Both the position numbers and the translations under genes were made by a program. The notes under the pieces are model-generated. The model was not told the origin of the DNA, did no database searches, and saw only the letters and a list, made by a program, of their open reading frames with translations. 64,000 nt of DNA from Myxococcota bacterium (GTDB lineage Bacteria > Myxococcota_A > Polyangia > Nannocystales > Nannocystaceae), in assembly GCA_039028615.1 (NCBI GenBank), contig JBCCHT010000003.1, positions 96,001 through 160,000 on the forward strand. The letters run 5' to 3'. Shown here one piece after another: positions 37,560 to 47,221 of this stretch; the stretch's first letter is position 1; every line of letters begins with the position of its first letter.

Positions 37560-39035
37560 TTACGGGCAGTCGTGCACGCCCAGGCCGCTGAAGTCGTCGA
37601 TGCCGAAGCTGCTCCACTGGGCGGAGGGATCGAACTCGTCCGTACCCTCGGGGTCACCGGTCTGCACGGAGCAGTCGCGGCGCATGCCCGAGTTCAGGGT
37701 GCTGACGCCGTCGACGTTCCACTGCGCGCCGGGGTCGAAGCCGATCTGGCCGATGACGTCGAGCGCGACGCCCTCGCAGCGCAGGACCACGGTGTCGTCG
37801 CCGTTCCAGAAGTTCTGGCCGTTGACGATGTCGCAGGGGGTCGTGTCGTCGGCATTGTCGTCGCAGAGCACCGCGACGCCGCCGGGCTCGATGGCCCCGG
37901 AGAGCGCGATGGTGTTGCCCACCGCCGGGTTGCCGCCGCGGTAGATCTGCACGGAGCAGTCGTCGAGGTCGAAGTCGACGGCAGTGGGGTTGTAGATCTC
38001 GACCGCCTTATTGAAGAAGGTGCCCTCGACGTACTCGCTGAAGTACGGGGTGCGCAGCGGCCAGCCGGTGGGCTCGTCGACGTAGACCCACAGGGCCTGC
38101 CCGGGCTCGACGGCGAAGTTGGTGCCCCAGTCGGGCGCGAAGAACTGCTCGGTCTGCTGCCCGCCGAGGTCCCACTGGTCGAGCTGGGTGATGCTGGGCT
38201 CGCGGGCGGCCAAGCCCTGGGCATCGGTGGCGGACATCGACAGCGGCACGGTGGCGAGGTTCTGGCCCTCGGCGAGGGTCCGCGCGATGTCGGTGGCGAC
38301 GGGCACGGTGCCGGTCTGGGTGTAGCTGGTGCCCGCGCTGCCGTCGGTGCGCACGGCGACGGCATCGCCCGCGTTCCACGAGAAGTTGGGCGCGGCCCAG
38401 GCGGGGTCGGGGTGCCCGGGGGCGTAGAAGACCTGGTACGGGAACCAGCGCTTGACCTCGATGACGCCGGGGATCTCCGCGGCGAGGCTGGCCGCGTCGA
38501 GGCTGGCCGTGTCGAGCAGCGGGAAGCCGAGCATGGTGTAGCCGTCGGAGCTCAGCGGCTGCACGAACTTGCCCGCGATGGTCGACAGATACTCGTCGGG
38601 GCCGTCGGTCTCGATGCGGTAGTAGTAGCTGGTGGTGTCGTTGCCGCCGACGTCGGTGAAGCTGGCGGTGGCCAGGTCGTCGCTCAGCAGCACGGAGCCG
38701 GCGTCACCCGGGAAGAAATAGGGATCGGTGGAGCGCCACACGTCGTAGACGAAGTCGCCGCCTTGGTCGGTCCAGGTCAGGTCGATGTCGGCGCCGGCTT
38801 GGGCGATGCCGAGGTCGAAGCCAGCGACCTGCGCCACGGTGGGCAGGGGGCTGACGAGGTCGTCGGCACCCGCCTCGATGCCTTCGCTTTCGTCCTCGAT
38901 CCCCAGCTCACCGAATCCATCGTCGGTGACGCTCGAGCAGCCGGCCAGCGCAATGGCGGCCACCACGATGTGGCTGGCGCGAAGAGAGGAGAAGGAAGCG
39001 GAGCATCGGGACGTGAAGTTGCGCATATCGAACAT
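37560..39035 (-). CDS. Lipoprotein with beta-rich module and C-terminal lamin-tail domain (LTD)
   Basis: LAGC lipobox; YFSEYVEG..NKAVEIYNPT...NGDDTVVL...DVIG LTD as seen on extracellular nucleases; N-terminal module similar to 676..1731. Confidence 0.8.
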   Translation of the reverse strand: MFDMRNFTSRCSASFSSLRASHIVVAAIALAGCSSVTDDGFGELGIEDESEGIEAGADDLVSPLPTVAQVAGFDLGIAQAGADIDLTWTDQGGDFVYDVWRSTDPYFFPGDAGSVLLSDDLATASFTDVGGNDTTSYYYRIETDGPDEYLSTIAGKFVQPLSSDGYTMLGFPLLDTASLDAASLAAEIPGVIEVKRWFPYQVFYAPGHPDPAWAAPNFSWNAGDAVAVRTDGSAGTSYTQTGTVPVATDIARTLAEGQNLATVPLSMSATDAQGLAAREPSITQLDQWDLGGQQTEQFFAPDWGTNFAVEPGQALWVYVDEPTGWPLRTPYFSEYVEGTFFNKAVEIYNPTAVDFDLDDCSVQIYRGGNPAVGNTIALSGAIEPGGVAVLCDDNADDTTPCDIVNGQNFWNGDDTVVLRCEGVALDVIGQIGFDPGAQWNVDGVSTLNSGMRRDCSVQTGDPEGTDEFDPSAQWSSFGIDDFSGLGVHDCP

Positions 39036-39100
39036 CTCTGACGGGGCGCGGGTCTCGGGGGACCGGGCGCGAGCGAGGAGTCGTCGAGCCTCGCATGTCA

Positions 39101-39126
39101 GACGGAGCGAAAGGCGACCGGTCGCA
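39101..39126 (-). promoter_or_regulatory. Candidate ECF promoter TGCGAC-N16-CGTC
   Basis: Plus-strand GACG (39101-04)-N16-GTCGCA (39121-26), 65 nt upstream of ATG 39035. Confidence 0.55.
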
Positions 39127-39333
39127 CGAAAAAATCAGTGTTCGTAGCGACTTCGCGCGGCCATGACGTGCTGCAACTCTCACTACTCAACGGGCGCGCG
39201 ATCGTGGCCGCGCGGTCCCGTTCAGGTGGCAGTTTCGGCCGGCGAAAATGGCCGGCGCGGCGTGGGGGCGACGCCGCGCCGCGCGGGCTCGCACGGCCCG
39301 GCAGGGAGACTCGCGTCGGCGAGCCGTCGAGGT

Positions 39334-39720
39334 TCAGCCTTCGCTCGCGGGCGGCTGCCACAGCTCGAAACGGTTGCCGTCCGGATCCATGGCCCAGCCG
39401 AAGCGACCGAACTCGCTCTCTTCGATCTTGTCGTCGACGGTGACGCCCGCTTCGCGAAGCTGAGCTAGCATCGCATCGAGATCGTCGACCCGGTAGTTGA
39501 CCATGAAGGGGGCCGGGCTCGGTTCGAAGTACTTGGTGTCTTGAGCGAAGGGCGACCACACCGTCGAGCCCTTGCGCTCGGGCTCGTCGGGGCGCCGCCA
39601 GTGGAACACCGCACAGCCGTGCTCGTGCTCGATGCCCAGGTTGTCGCGATACCAGTCGAGCAGCGACTTGGGGTCACGCGACTTGAAGAAGACTCCGCCG
39701 ATTCCTTTGACTCGTTCCAT
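39334..39720 (-). CDS. VOC/glyoxalase-family protein
   Basis: MERVKGIGGVFFKS...NYRVDDLD...DPDGNRFELW; GGAGG SD. Confidence 0.9.
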   Translation of the reverse strand: MERVKGIGGVFFKSRDPKSLLDWYRDNLGIEHEHGCAVFHWRRPDEPERKGSTVWSPFAQDTKYFEPSPAPFMVNYRVDDLDAMLAQLREAGVTVDDKIEESEFGRFGWAMDPDGNRFELWQPPASEG

Positions 39721-39982
39721 TGAACCGCCTCGTGTGGGAAGGTGGCTCAGTTTCGCATTGCGCGCGGGGTCGACGGAGCCGAGTTCGGTCCGCGTCACCT
39801 CACGAACGATGCGCGCGTAGGCTGAAACCCCAACTCCTTTTCGAGATCCATCGTCGTGGCTGCGAGGAGGGTCTATGGTCGGGTCGATCGCGGAATGAAT
39901 CGCTTGGCAACCGGTTCGGCTCCAGCGTCGCAACGCTGCGGTCCGAGCACGTGCCCCCCACACGTCCCCGGATGCGCCGCGT

Positions 39983-40008
39983 CGCGACCGTACGCCCCAA
40001 CCCCCGTC
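39983..40008 (+). promoter_or_regulatory. Candidate ECF promoter CGCGAC-N16-CGTC
   Basis: 34 nt upstream of the sppA ATG. Confidence 0.5.
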
Positions 40009-40042
40009 TGTTCCGCCCCTGCTCGAGGAAACGAAACTCCCC

Positions 40043-41938
40043 ATGAAGCACGAGTTGTTGACCGCTGCATTGCTCGTAGGACTCGGCGTCGGCTGCAAGC
40101 CCACTCCCGCCGACGACAAACCGGCCGCCCCCGCCTCGAAGTCCGACGACGGCGACGACGCGTCGCCGATGGGCCTGCCGCCCTTTGCCAAGTTCTTCAC
40201 GTCGGGCCTCGACAAGCCCGGTCCCTACGAAGAGCCCCGCGAGTCCGAGAACTACGAGGACGGCGCGGCCCATCACCTGGTGCTCGAGCTGAGCGGCACC
40301 ATCGGCGAGGTCCAGTCCTTCGACATGTTCGGCGGCGGCGAGGTGACCAAGCCGCTGCGCGAGCTCACCGATGGCCTGAAGAAGGCGTCTGCCGACGACA
40401 ACGTGAAGGGCCTGGTGATTCGGTCCGCCAACGTGGCGATCGACATGGCCACCGCCGAGGAGCTGCGCGGCCACCTGCTGGCGTTCAAGGGTGACGGCGC
40501 CAAGAAGGTGCACTGTCACGCCGAGGTGGCGAGCAACGCCACGTACTACCTGCTGACCGCCTGCGACCAGCTCGTGCTGGCGCCGCTGGGCGAGCTGGTG
40601 ATCCCCGGGCCCGCGGCCACGCCCGTGCACGTCAAGGGCTTGATGGACAACCTCGGGGTGAAGGCCGACTTCCTCCACGTGGGTGCGTTCAAGGGCGCGG
40701 CCGAGCCGTTGACCCGCGAGGAGCCCTCGCCGCAGATGATGGAGGTGCTCGGCACGATCGTCGATCGCAGCTACCAGACCCAGCTCGACGGCATGGAAAA
40801 GGGCCGAGCGATCGACGAAGCCGGCGCCAAGGCGGCCATCGACGAAGCCATGGTGCTCGGGCCCCAAGCAGTCGAGCGCAAGCTCGTCGACGGCATCGCG
40901 ACCTGGGAAGACTTCCTCGCCAAGGCCACCGACGGCCAGGCGTGGAAGAAGTGGCGCAAGGCCAAAAACCCCCTCGCCGACTTCGGCGCCCTGCAGCGCT
41001 TCTTGGGCATCCTGCCGCCCGAGCGACCCTCCGGGCCCCACGTCGCGCTGGTCTACGCGGTCGGCAACGTCATCGACGGCAAGGGCGGCGGCACCGTGGG
41101 CGCGCGCCAGGAAATCGCCTCGCGCACCCTGGTCTCCGCGCTGCGAGCGATGGCGGCCGACGACTCGATCAAGGCGGTCGTGCTGCGGGTCAACTCCCCC
41201 GGCGGCAGCGCGCTGGCCTCCGAGCAGATCTGGCACGCGGTGGCCGAGGTCAAAAAGCACAAGCCCGTCGTCGTCTCCATGGGCTCGGTGGCCGCGTCGG
41301 GCGGCTACTACATCTCCACCGGGGCCAACGAGATCTTCGCCAACGCCAATACGTTGACCGGCTCCATCGGGGTCGTGGGCGGCAAGATCGTCGTCGGCGA
41401 TGCGCTCGAGTCCATCGGGGTGAAGACCTACGAGGTGCACCGCGGCGAGCGGGCCCTGATGGGTTCCCCGATGCAGCCCTGGAGCGACAGCGAGCGCGCC
41501 ATGATCCAGGGGATGATGGAGCACACCTACGAGGAGTTTCTCGTCCACGTGGCCGACGGCCGCAGTATGGAGCGAGACGCGGTCCACGAGATCGCCCAGG
41601 GGCGGGTGTGGACCGGCGTCGACGCCAAGGCCCACGGCCTGGTCGACACCATCGGCGGGCTCGATGACGCCCTGGCCCGCGCCCGAGAGCTCGGCGGCGT
41701 GGGCGAGGACGCGGACCTCGAGGTCTACCCGGGCGAGCCCACCGTTCGTGATCTGATCACCAGCTTCGGCCCGGTGCAGAGCGGGGTCCGCTCGATGCGG
41801 TGGAAGGCCGCGATCGAGGAGCTCGCCGCGGTGGCCGGCCCCCAGCACGCCCGCACGGTCTCGGCGCTGTTGCAGACGGTCACCGACCTTCGCGATGCGC
41901 GTCTGTGGGCGGTGAGCTGGGTTCCGCCGCTGCGCTGA
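40043..41938 (+). CDS. sppA: Signal peptide peptidase SppA (long, two-domain form), lipoprotein signal
   Basis: [46 protein letters not shown]. Confidence 0.93.
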   Translation: MKHELLTAALLVGLGVGCKPTPADDKPAAPASKSDDGDDASPMGLPPFAKFFTSGLDKPGPYEEPRESENYEDGAAHHLVLELSGTIGEVQSFDMFGGGEVTKPLRELTDGLKKASADDNVKGLVIRSANVAIDMATAEELRGHLLAFKGDGAKKVHCHAEVASNATYYLLTACDQLVLAPLGELVIPGPAATPVHVKGLMDNLGVKADFLHVGAFKGAAEPLTREEPSPQMMEVLGTIVDRSYQTQLDGMEKGRAIDEAGAKAAIDEAMVLGPQAVERKLVDGIATWEDFLAKATDGQAWKKWRKAKNPLADFGALQRFLGILPPERPSGPHVALVYAVGNVIDGKGGGTVGARQEIASRTLVSALRAMAADDSIKAVVLRVNSPGGSALASEQIWHAVAEVKKHKPVVVSMGSVAASGGYYISTGANEIFANANTLTGSIGVVGGKIVVGDALESIGVKTYEVHRGERALMGSPMQPWSDSERAMIQGMMEHTYEEFLVHVADGRSMERDAVHEIAQGRVWTGVDAKAHGLVDTIGGLDDALARARELGGVGEDADLEVYPGEPTVRDLITSFGPVQSGVRSMRWKAAIEELAAVAGPQHARTVSALLQTVTDLRDARLWAVSWVPPLR

Positions 41939-42056
41939 GCCTGGCGCCGCCCCCGGGGTAGGTCCCTGTCCGCCCGCGACGGTCGCGTCGTCCTGCAATT
42001 TGCCCCACACTGGACCGTTGGGTCGGCGGGGCATTTCTGCGAAAATACGAGGGCAG

Positions 42057-43811
42057 ATGTCGGACGTCGCGGTAGACCTCGGAATTCAACGGGCACTCGT
42101 GCCTGTTTCCGAGCGCCCGCGGTCGGTGGCGCTGTATCGGATCCCGGTGACGCTGATGTTGCTGGGCCTGTTCATGATGGCCCTGCAAGCGGGGCAGCCC
42201 CTGCTCGGCCTGGCGATGCTGATGACGGCGGCCACCACCACGCTGGGGTGCGCGCGCTGGAACCACGCTCGCCAGGGCTCGGTGGCGCTGTCGTTGCGGG
42301 ACCAGGCCGATCGCAAGCTGGTGAGCGGTCGCTACGGCGAGGCTCGGGCGCTGTACGAGCGGGCACTGGCGCTGAGCGAGCGCGAGCTGCCGCCGGCCGC
42401 CCCCGAGCTGCTGCTCAACTACTACAGCCTCGCCGCGGTCAACTCGATGCTGCACGACAATGCTCGGGCGGGCCGCTACCTCGAGGAGCTGCTGTCGGGG
42501 CTGGGCGATCGGGTGCCGCGGCCGTGGTCGGGTCACGTCGCGTGGCTCATGCGGAGGGTCGCGCACCACCATTCGCTGCGCGGGCATCACGTCGAGGCGG
42601 AGCGCCTGTGCCGACGGGCGCTCGAGCTGGTCGGCGATGCGCCCGGGGCCGATGACAACTCGGTGCGCAGCCTGGTCGACGACCTGGCCTGGGTGATGCA
42701 CCACGGCGGCAACTACGTCGAAGCGGAGCGGCTGTTCCGCGAGGCGCTCAGCATCCACGAGCAGTTCCGCGACGTGGCGCTCGAGCTGGCTCAGCGACCG
42801 CGGCCGGGGGCCAAGCCGGGGCGCTCGCCCTACCGCGAGCCGGGCCCGGCCACCGCTTCCACCACCGGAGGTCTCGATCGCGCGGTGGCCTTCAGCCTGC
42901 TCGGCCTCGGCTGGACGCGCTACGAGCGAGGCGACTACGGCGAGGCCCAGCGCTGCTTCGAGCGGGCGCGGCTCATCGCCAAGCGGCTCTCCAACGGGAC
43001 CCGAGGCGAGGCCAAGGGCAACGGCGGGCTGTGGCTCGAGGTCCTGCGGGCCGTGGCCGCGGTGGCGGTGACCCGCGGCGAGTACGACGAGGCCGAAGCG
43101 CGCTACGAGCAGGCCCGCCACTTCAACGCGACCGACGAAGGATCGATCCCAGACGCCGCGCTGCTGGTGGACATGAGCTGGCTGGCCCGGTGTCGCGAGC
43201 GCTGGGACGAGGCCGAGGCCATGGCCCGCCAGGCGCAGAGCAAGGTCGACGAGTCGAGCGAAGAGATGGCGACCATCGCCACCGCGCTGCACGAGAGCAT
43301 GGCCGAGCTGCGGCGTCGGCAAGGTCGGGCCCGCGAAGGGCAGCGGCACATCGGCACCGCCCAAGAGCTGGCGTCGCGTTGCCTGGGCGTGGAGCACCCG
43401 CGCATGGCCAGCATCCTGGCGGTGGCGGCTCGTCTGCACGTGCAGCGCTCCGAGCATCCCGAAGCCGAGCGATGCGCTCGCCGGAGCCTGGCGCTGCTCG
43501 AGTCGGGCGTGGGCGCCGAGCACCCGCGCAGCGCCGAGGCCTACCTGGGGCTGGGCGAGGTGCAGCTGGCGCGAGGGCAATGGACGCAGGCCGAGCACAG
43601 CCTGGGCCTCGCGCTGCGGCGACGCGAGCGGGCGCTCGGAGTCGAGCACCCCGAGCTCGTGGATATCCTCGAAGCCCAGCAAACGTTGCTACGGAGCATG
43701 GGTCGCGAGGACGAAGCTCGCCCCGTCGCCGACCGGCTGGCCCGTCTCCGCGCCTGCAGCGAGCCGCCAGCGCGGACCGCTGGCGGTGATAGCATCCCCG
43801 CCCAGCCATGA
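42057..43811 (+). CDS. Membrane-anchored TPR protein
   Basis: Two N-terminal TM segments; many TPRs with G(V/A)EHP motifs. Confidence 0.8.
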   Translation: MSDVAVDLGIQRALVPVSERPRSVALYRIPVTLMLLGLFMMALQAGQPLLGLAMLMTAATTTLGCARWNHARQGSVALSLRDQADRKLVSGRYGEARALYERALALSERELPPAAPELLLNYYSLAAVNSMLHDNARAGRYLEELLSGLGDRVPRPWSGHVAWLMRRVAHHHSLRGHHVEAERLCRRALELVGDAPGADDNSVRSLVDDLAWVMHHGGNYVEAERLFREALSIHEQFRDVALELAQRPRPGAKPGRSPYREPGPATASTTGGLDRAVAFSLLGLGWTRYERGDYGEAQRCFERARLIAKRLSNGTRGEAKGNGGLWLEVLRAVAAVAVTRGEYDEAEARYEQARHFNATDEGSIPDAALLVDMSWLARCRERWDEAEAMARQAQSKVDESSEEMATIATALHESMAELRRRQGRAREGQRHIGTAQELASRCLGVEHPRMASILAVAARLHVQRSEHPEAERCARRSLALLESGVGAEHPRSAEAYLGLGEVQLARGQWTQAEHSLGLALRRRERALGVEHPELVDILEAQQTLLRSMGREDEARPVADRLARLRACSEPPARTAGGDSIPAQP

Positions 43812-44995
43812 GCGTGATCGAATCCCAACCACGGGGCCACCGACGTCGATGGCCCCCGGCGACCGCGTTTGCGGCATGTCTGGTCCTGCTCGGCCTCGGT
43901 GGCCCGGGATGTTCGAAGCAGGACGAGCCGAAGCCTTCCGAGGCATCGTCCGCTTCGAGTCCGGCAGCCAAGCCCGAGGCCCCGCCGCCCGCTCCCCCCG
44001 TACGGGAGCCCTCGCTGCTCGACGGCATCATCGATCGTGCCATCGAGTCCCCGCCCGACGGTGGTAGCACCTACCGCGTCGATGCCTACGTGGGCGCCAT
44101 CGTCACCGAGCAGCTCCGCGGCAGCCCGCTGCCCTTCACCGCCTGGCGCAACGACACCGGAGACACGGCGCAGCCCGAGGCCGGCTACCGGGTGGGCCCG
44201 CTGCAAGCCGACGACCTGTGGACGCGCCTGGGCCTGAAGGAAGGCGACATCATCCACGAGCTCAACGGGGTGTCGACCAGCGACGAGGACTGGATCGCCC
44301 AGGCCATGGATCGCGGCGAGAACCGGGTCACGGTCAGCATCTTCCGCGACGACGTCACCTCCGTGCTCAGCTATCGGCTGATGGGAGGCATGGCCTGGGA
44401 GGGTCTGCGGCTCTCCTTGGCCCCGCCCGCCCAGATGGTGCTGGCCGAGACGCCCGAGCCGGAGCCCGAACCCGAGCCGGAGCCCGAGGTCGCCGAGCCC
44501 ACCACGCCGCCCCGCGGCAGCGGTAGCGGCGGTCGCTTGCCTCGTCGTCCGCCCGCTCCGCCCAAACCGTCGAACTCGGGGGGCTCGAGCAGCTCGGGCG
44601 GCTCGACGCCGCCGAGCTCGGGCAGCGGGTCCCGATACCCCCGGGGCACCAAGATCGTCGCCAACTGCACCAGCGACACCCGCTGCACCCTGAAGAAGGC
44701 CTACTTCGACAGCGTCGTGCGCAACCCGTCGAAGCTGCAGTCGCAGGCCAAGATCGTGCCCGCCATTCGCAACAACGTGCATAGCGGGTACAAGCTCAAC
44801 AACGTCAAGCCCGGCAGCGCGATCGACCAGCTCGAGTTCAAGTCGGGCGACAAGATCACCCACGTCAATGGCCGCGACCTCACCAACGACTTCGAGGCCA
44901 TGCAGGTCTACATGAGCTTGTCCAGCACCCGGCGGTTCAAGGTCCGCTATGTGCGTGGCGGCTCCGCCCGCACCAAGACGATCGACATCGTCTAA
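43808..44995 (+). CDS. Lipoprotein with two GspC-like PDZ domains and Pro-rich linker
   Basis: GYRVGPLQADDLWTRLGLKEGDIIHELNG and GYKLNNVKPGSAIDQLEFKSGDKITHVNG; ATGA overlap with the TPR gene. Confidence 0.75.
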   Translation: MSVIESQPRGHRRRWPPATAFAACLVLLGLGGPGCSKQDEPKPSEASSASSPAAKPEAPPPAPPVREPSLLDGIIDRAIESPPDGGSTYRVDAYVGAIVTEQLRGSPLPFTAWRNDTGDTAQPEAGYRVGPLQADDLWTRLGLKEGDIIHELNGVSTSDEDWIAQAMDRGENRVTVSIFRDDVTSVLSYRLMGGMAWEGLRLSLAPPAQMVLAETPEPEPEPEPEPEVAEPTTPPRGSGSGGRLPRRPPAPPKPSNSGGSSSSGGSTPPSSGSGSRYPRGTKIVANCTSDTRCTLKKAYFDSVVRNPSKLQSQAKIVPAIRNNVHSGYKLNNVKPGSAIDQLEFKSGDKITHVNGRDLTNDFEAMQVYMSLSSTRRFKVRYVRGGSARTKTIDIV

Positions 44996-46281
44996 TGGCA
45001 CGCCGTCGACGCCCCAAAAAGCGCGGTCGCCTGCGCGTTTTGTTTCGCGTGGTGCTCGTGCTGGCGGTCATCTCCGCCGTGCTCGGGGGCATCGGTGCCG
45101 GGGTGTTGGCCTTGGTCGGGATGCCGACCTACGAGGCGCCCTCGGTCAGCTTCGAGCTGCAGACCAGCCCCGAGCACGTCGCCCGCGGCAAGCGTCTGGT
45201 GAGCATGCTGTGCAATCGGTGCCACTTCGACGGCAAGACCGACACGCTCAGCGGGCGCTCGCTCGACGACATCACCTCGCGGCTCGGGGACCTGCGCGCG
45301 CCCAACATCACCCGCGACCCGGAGTTCGGAATCGGCTCGTGGACGCCGGGCGAGCTGGCCCTGCTGCTGCGGACGGGGCTGCACCCGAAGACCGAGCTGC
45401 TCATCATGCCGCCGGTCATGCCGCGCTGGCCCAAGCTCGCCGACGACGATCTCATGGCGATCGTGGCGTTCTTGTACTCGGACGATCCCTGGGTCGCGCC
45501 CACGCAGTCGGAGCCCGAGGCCACCGACTATTCGCTGCTGGCGACCCTGCGCTCCTGGGTCACCTGGTCGCCGCTGTCGTACCCGCGCACGCCGATCGAG
45601 GCGCCGTCGCGCGACGGGCTCGAGAAGTACGGGGCCTACCTGGTCGACGACGTCTTCCACTGCGCCATGTGCCACACCGACGACTGGACGGGTCAGACCG
45701 GACCGGAGCTGCGCTCGCTGTCGAGCTACATGGAAGGCGACGTCATCTTCCTCGACGTCAACGAGGTGATCCTCCGCTCGGCCAACCTCACCCCGCACGA
45801 GACGGGCCTCGCGGGATGGACGGGCGATGCGATGCACAGGGCCTTGGTCGAGGGCTTCGACCCCGACGGCAACCTCGTGCGCTGGCCGATGCCGCGCTAC
45901 CCCGGGCTGTCTCGCTCGGACTCGGAGGCGATCTTCGCGTACCTCCAGACGGTGACCCCGGTCGAAAACGAGTGGGACCCGAGCCCGCCGTACCGCATCA
46001 TCGGGCGCAAGGCGGCCCCGGGGCGGCACCTATACATGACAAACGGGTGCCACTACTGCCACGGTGACCGCGAGAAGGGGCACGAGGGCCTGGCCGATCT
46101 ACGGGGCATCCCCGAGGAGCGGGCCACGGTCGAGGCGTGCACCGCCTTCGTCAAGAATCCCCGCGCGGCGGATCCATTTCATCCGATGCCCGCGTGGGAA
46201 GGGGTGATCGCCGAAGACGAGTACCCGGACCTGTGCGAGTACGTGCTGTCGCTGGGAAAACGCGCACCGATCGGCAAGTAA
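44995..46281 (+). CDS. Membrane-anchored tri-heme c-type cytochrome
   Basis: CNRCH, CAMCH, CHYCH; APNIT/SANLT motifs; TAATG overlap with the upstream gene. Confidence 0.88.
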   Translation: MARRRRPKKRGRLRVLFRVVLVLAVISAVLGGIGAGVLALVGMPTYEAPSVSFELQTSPEHVARGKRLVSMLCNRCHFDGKTDTLSGRSLDDITSRLGDLRAPNITRDPEFGIGSWTPGELALLLRTGLHPKTELLIMPPVMPRWPKLADDDLMAIVAFLYSDDPWVAPTQSEPEATDYSLLATLRSWVTWSPLSYPRTPIEAPSRDGLEKYGAYLVDDVFHCAMCHTDDWTGQTGPELRSLSSYMEGDVIFLDVNEVILRSANLTPHETGLAGWTGDAMHRALVEGFDPDGNLVRWPMPRYPGLSRSDSEAIFAYLQTVTPVENEWDPSPPYRIIGRKAAPGRHLYMTNGCHYCHGDREKGHEGLADLRGIPEERATVEACTAFVKNPRAADPFHPMPAWEGVIAEDEYPDLCEYVLSLGKRAPIGK

Positions 46282-46554
46282 ACCCGCGGGGTGGCTCGTC
46301 TACCGGGCAAGAGTTGTTGCCACGACCACCGCGGCGATCGGCCGCCCATCGGCGACGTTCAATAACGAGAAGAGGCATCCACGGGGGTGTACGCGGCCGA
46401 TCCTGCCGATCGGCGAAGTTGGCCGTCGGGCGATCGCTCGACGCGCGCACCGATTTCGATCGATCGTCTAAGTGTTTGAAATGACGTAGCCTTCGGTTTC
46501 GGTACCTCGCATGCACATTACGCAGGCATGCTCGCCACCAGCCCCCGAACGCGC

Positions 46555-47211
46555 GTGAGTGACAAGGCCTCCGATATCTCCGATTTTCAGCTGCTCGAGC
46601 AGTGGCGCGGAGGCGATCAACGCTCGGGGGCGATGCTCGTGTCGCGGTACATGGCCGTGCTGAGCCGGTTCTTCCGCAACAAGCTGCGCAACCCCGACGA
46701 TGCCAACGACCTGGTGAGCGAGACGATGCTCGCCTGCACCAAGGCCCGCGACATCATCGAAGAGGTCGACTTCCGCCGCTACGTGTTCGGGGTGGCCTTC
46801 AACCAGCTTCGCAAGCACTACCGCCGTGGGGTGAAGCGGGGCCGCGAGCACGACGACTTTTCCGACATCTGCGTGGGAGAGCGGGACAACCCCGCCTCGC
46901 CGGTCACCCTGATGGCTCGCCGCGGCGAGACCCGGCTGCTCGTGCGGGCCCTCCGTCGGATCCCGCTCAACCAGCAGCTCGTGCTGGAGATGTCCTTCTT
47001 CGAGGGCATGAGCGCCCCCGATATTTCGGAGATCATCGATATTCCGACGTCCACCGTCTACACCTGGCAGCGGCGCGGCAAGCTCCGCCTGGCCGAGGTG
47101 ATGCGAGAGCTGGCCGACGATCCGGCGCAGTACGAGTCCACGATGTCCGATCTCGAGTCCTGGGCCGCCCAGGTTCGCGCCCACTACTCGCGACCGGCCG
47201 CTTCCGCATAG
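46555..47211 (+). CDS. ECF sigma-70 factor (paralog of 14948..15586)
   Basis: QLLEQWRGGD...DLVSETMLAC...EISEII..PTSTVYTWQRRGK-type regions; clear similarity to the first ECF. Confidence 0.9.
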   Translation: MSDKASDISDFQLLEQWRGGDQRSGAMLVSRYMAVLSRFFRNKLRNPDDANDLVSETMLACTKARDIIEEVDFRRYVFGVAFNQLRKHYRRGVKRGREHDDFSDICVGERDNPASPVTLMARRGETRLLVRALRRIPLNQQLVLEMSFFEGMSAPDISEIIDIPTSTVYTWQRRGKLRLAEVMRELADDPAQYESTMSDLESWAAQVRAHYSRPAASA

Positions 47212-47221
47212 ACTCCACCTG

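Noticed and set aside
35659..37617. Apparent 652-aa LysR fusion
   Set aside because: The N-terminal 360 codons are antisense to the SnoaL gene; the real LysR begins near 36537. The same artefact extends ORFs 17968..19734, 25466..26695, 27734..29203 and 57271..59184.
37560..38050. Lamin-tail domain as eukaryotic cytoskeleton mimicry
   Set aside because: LTDs are common in bacterial secreted proteins and are not evidence of mimicry by themselves.
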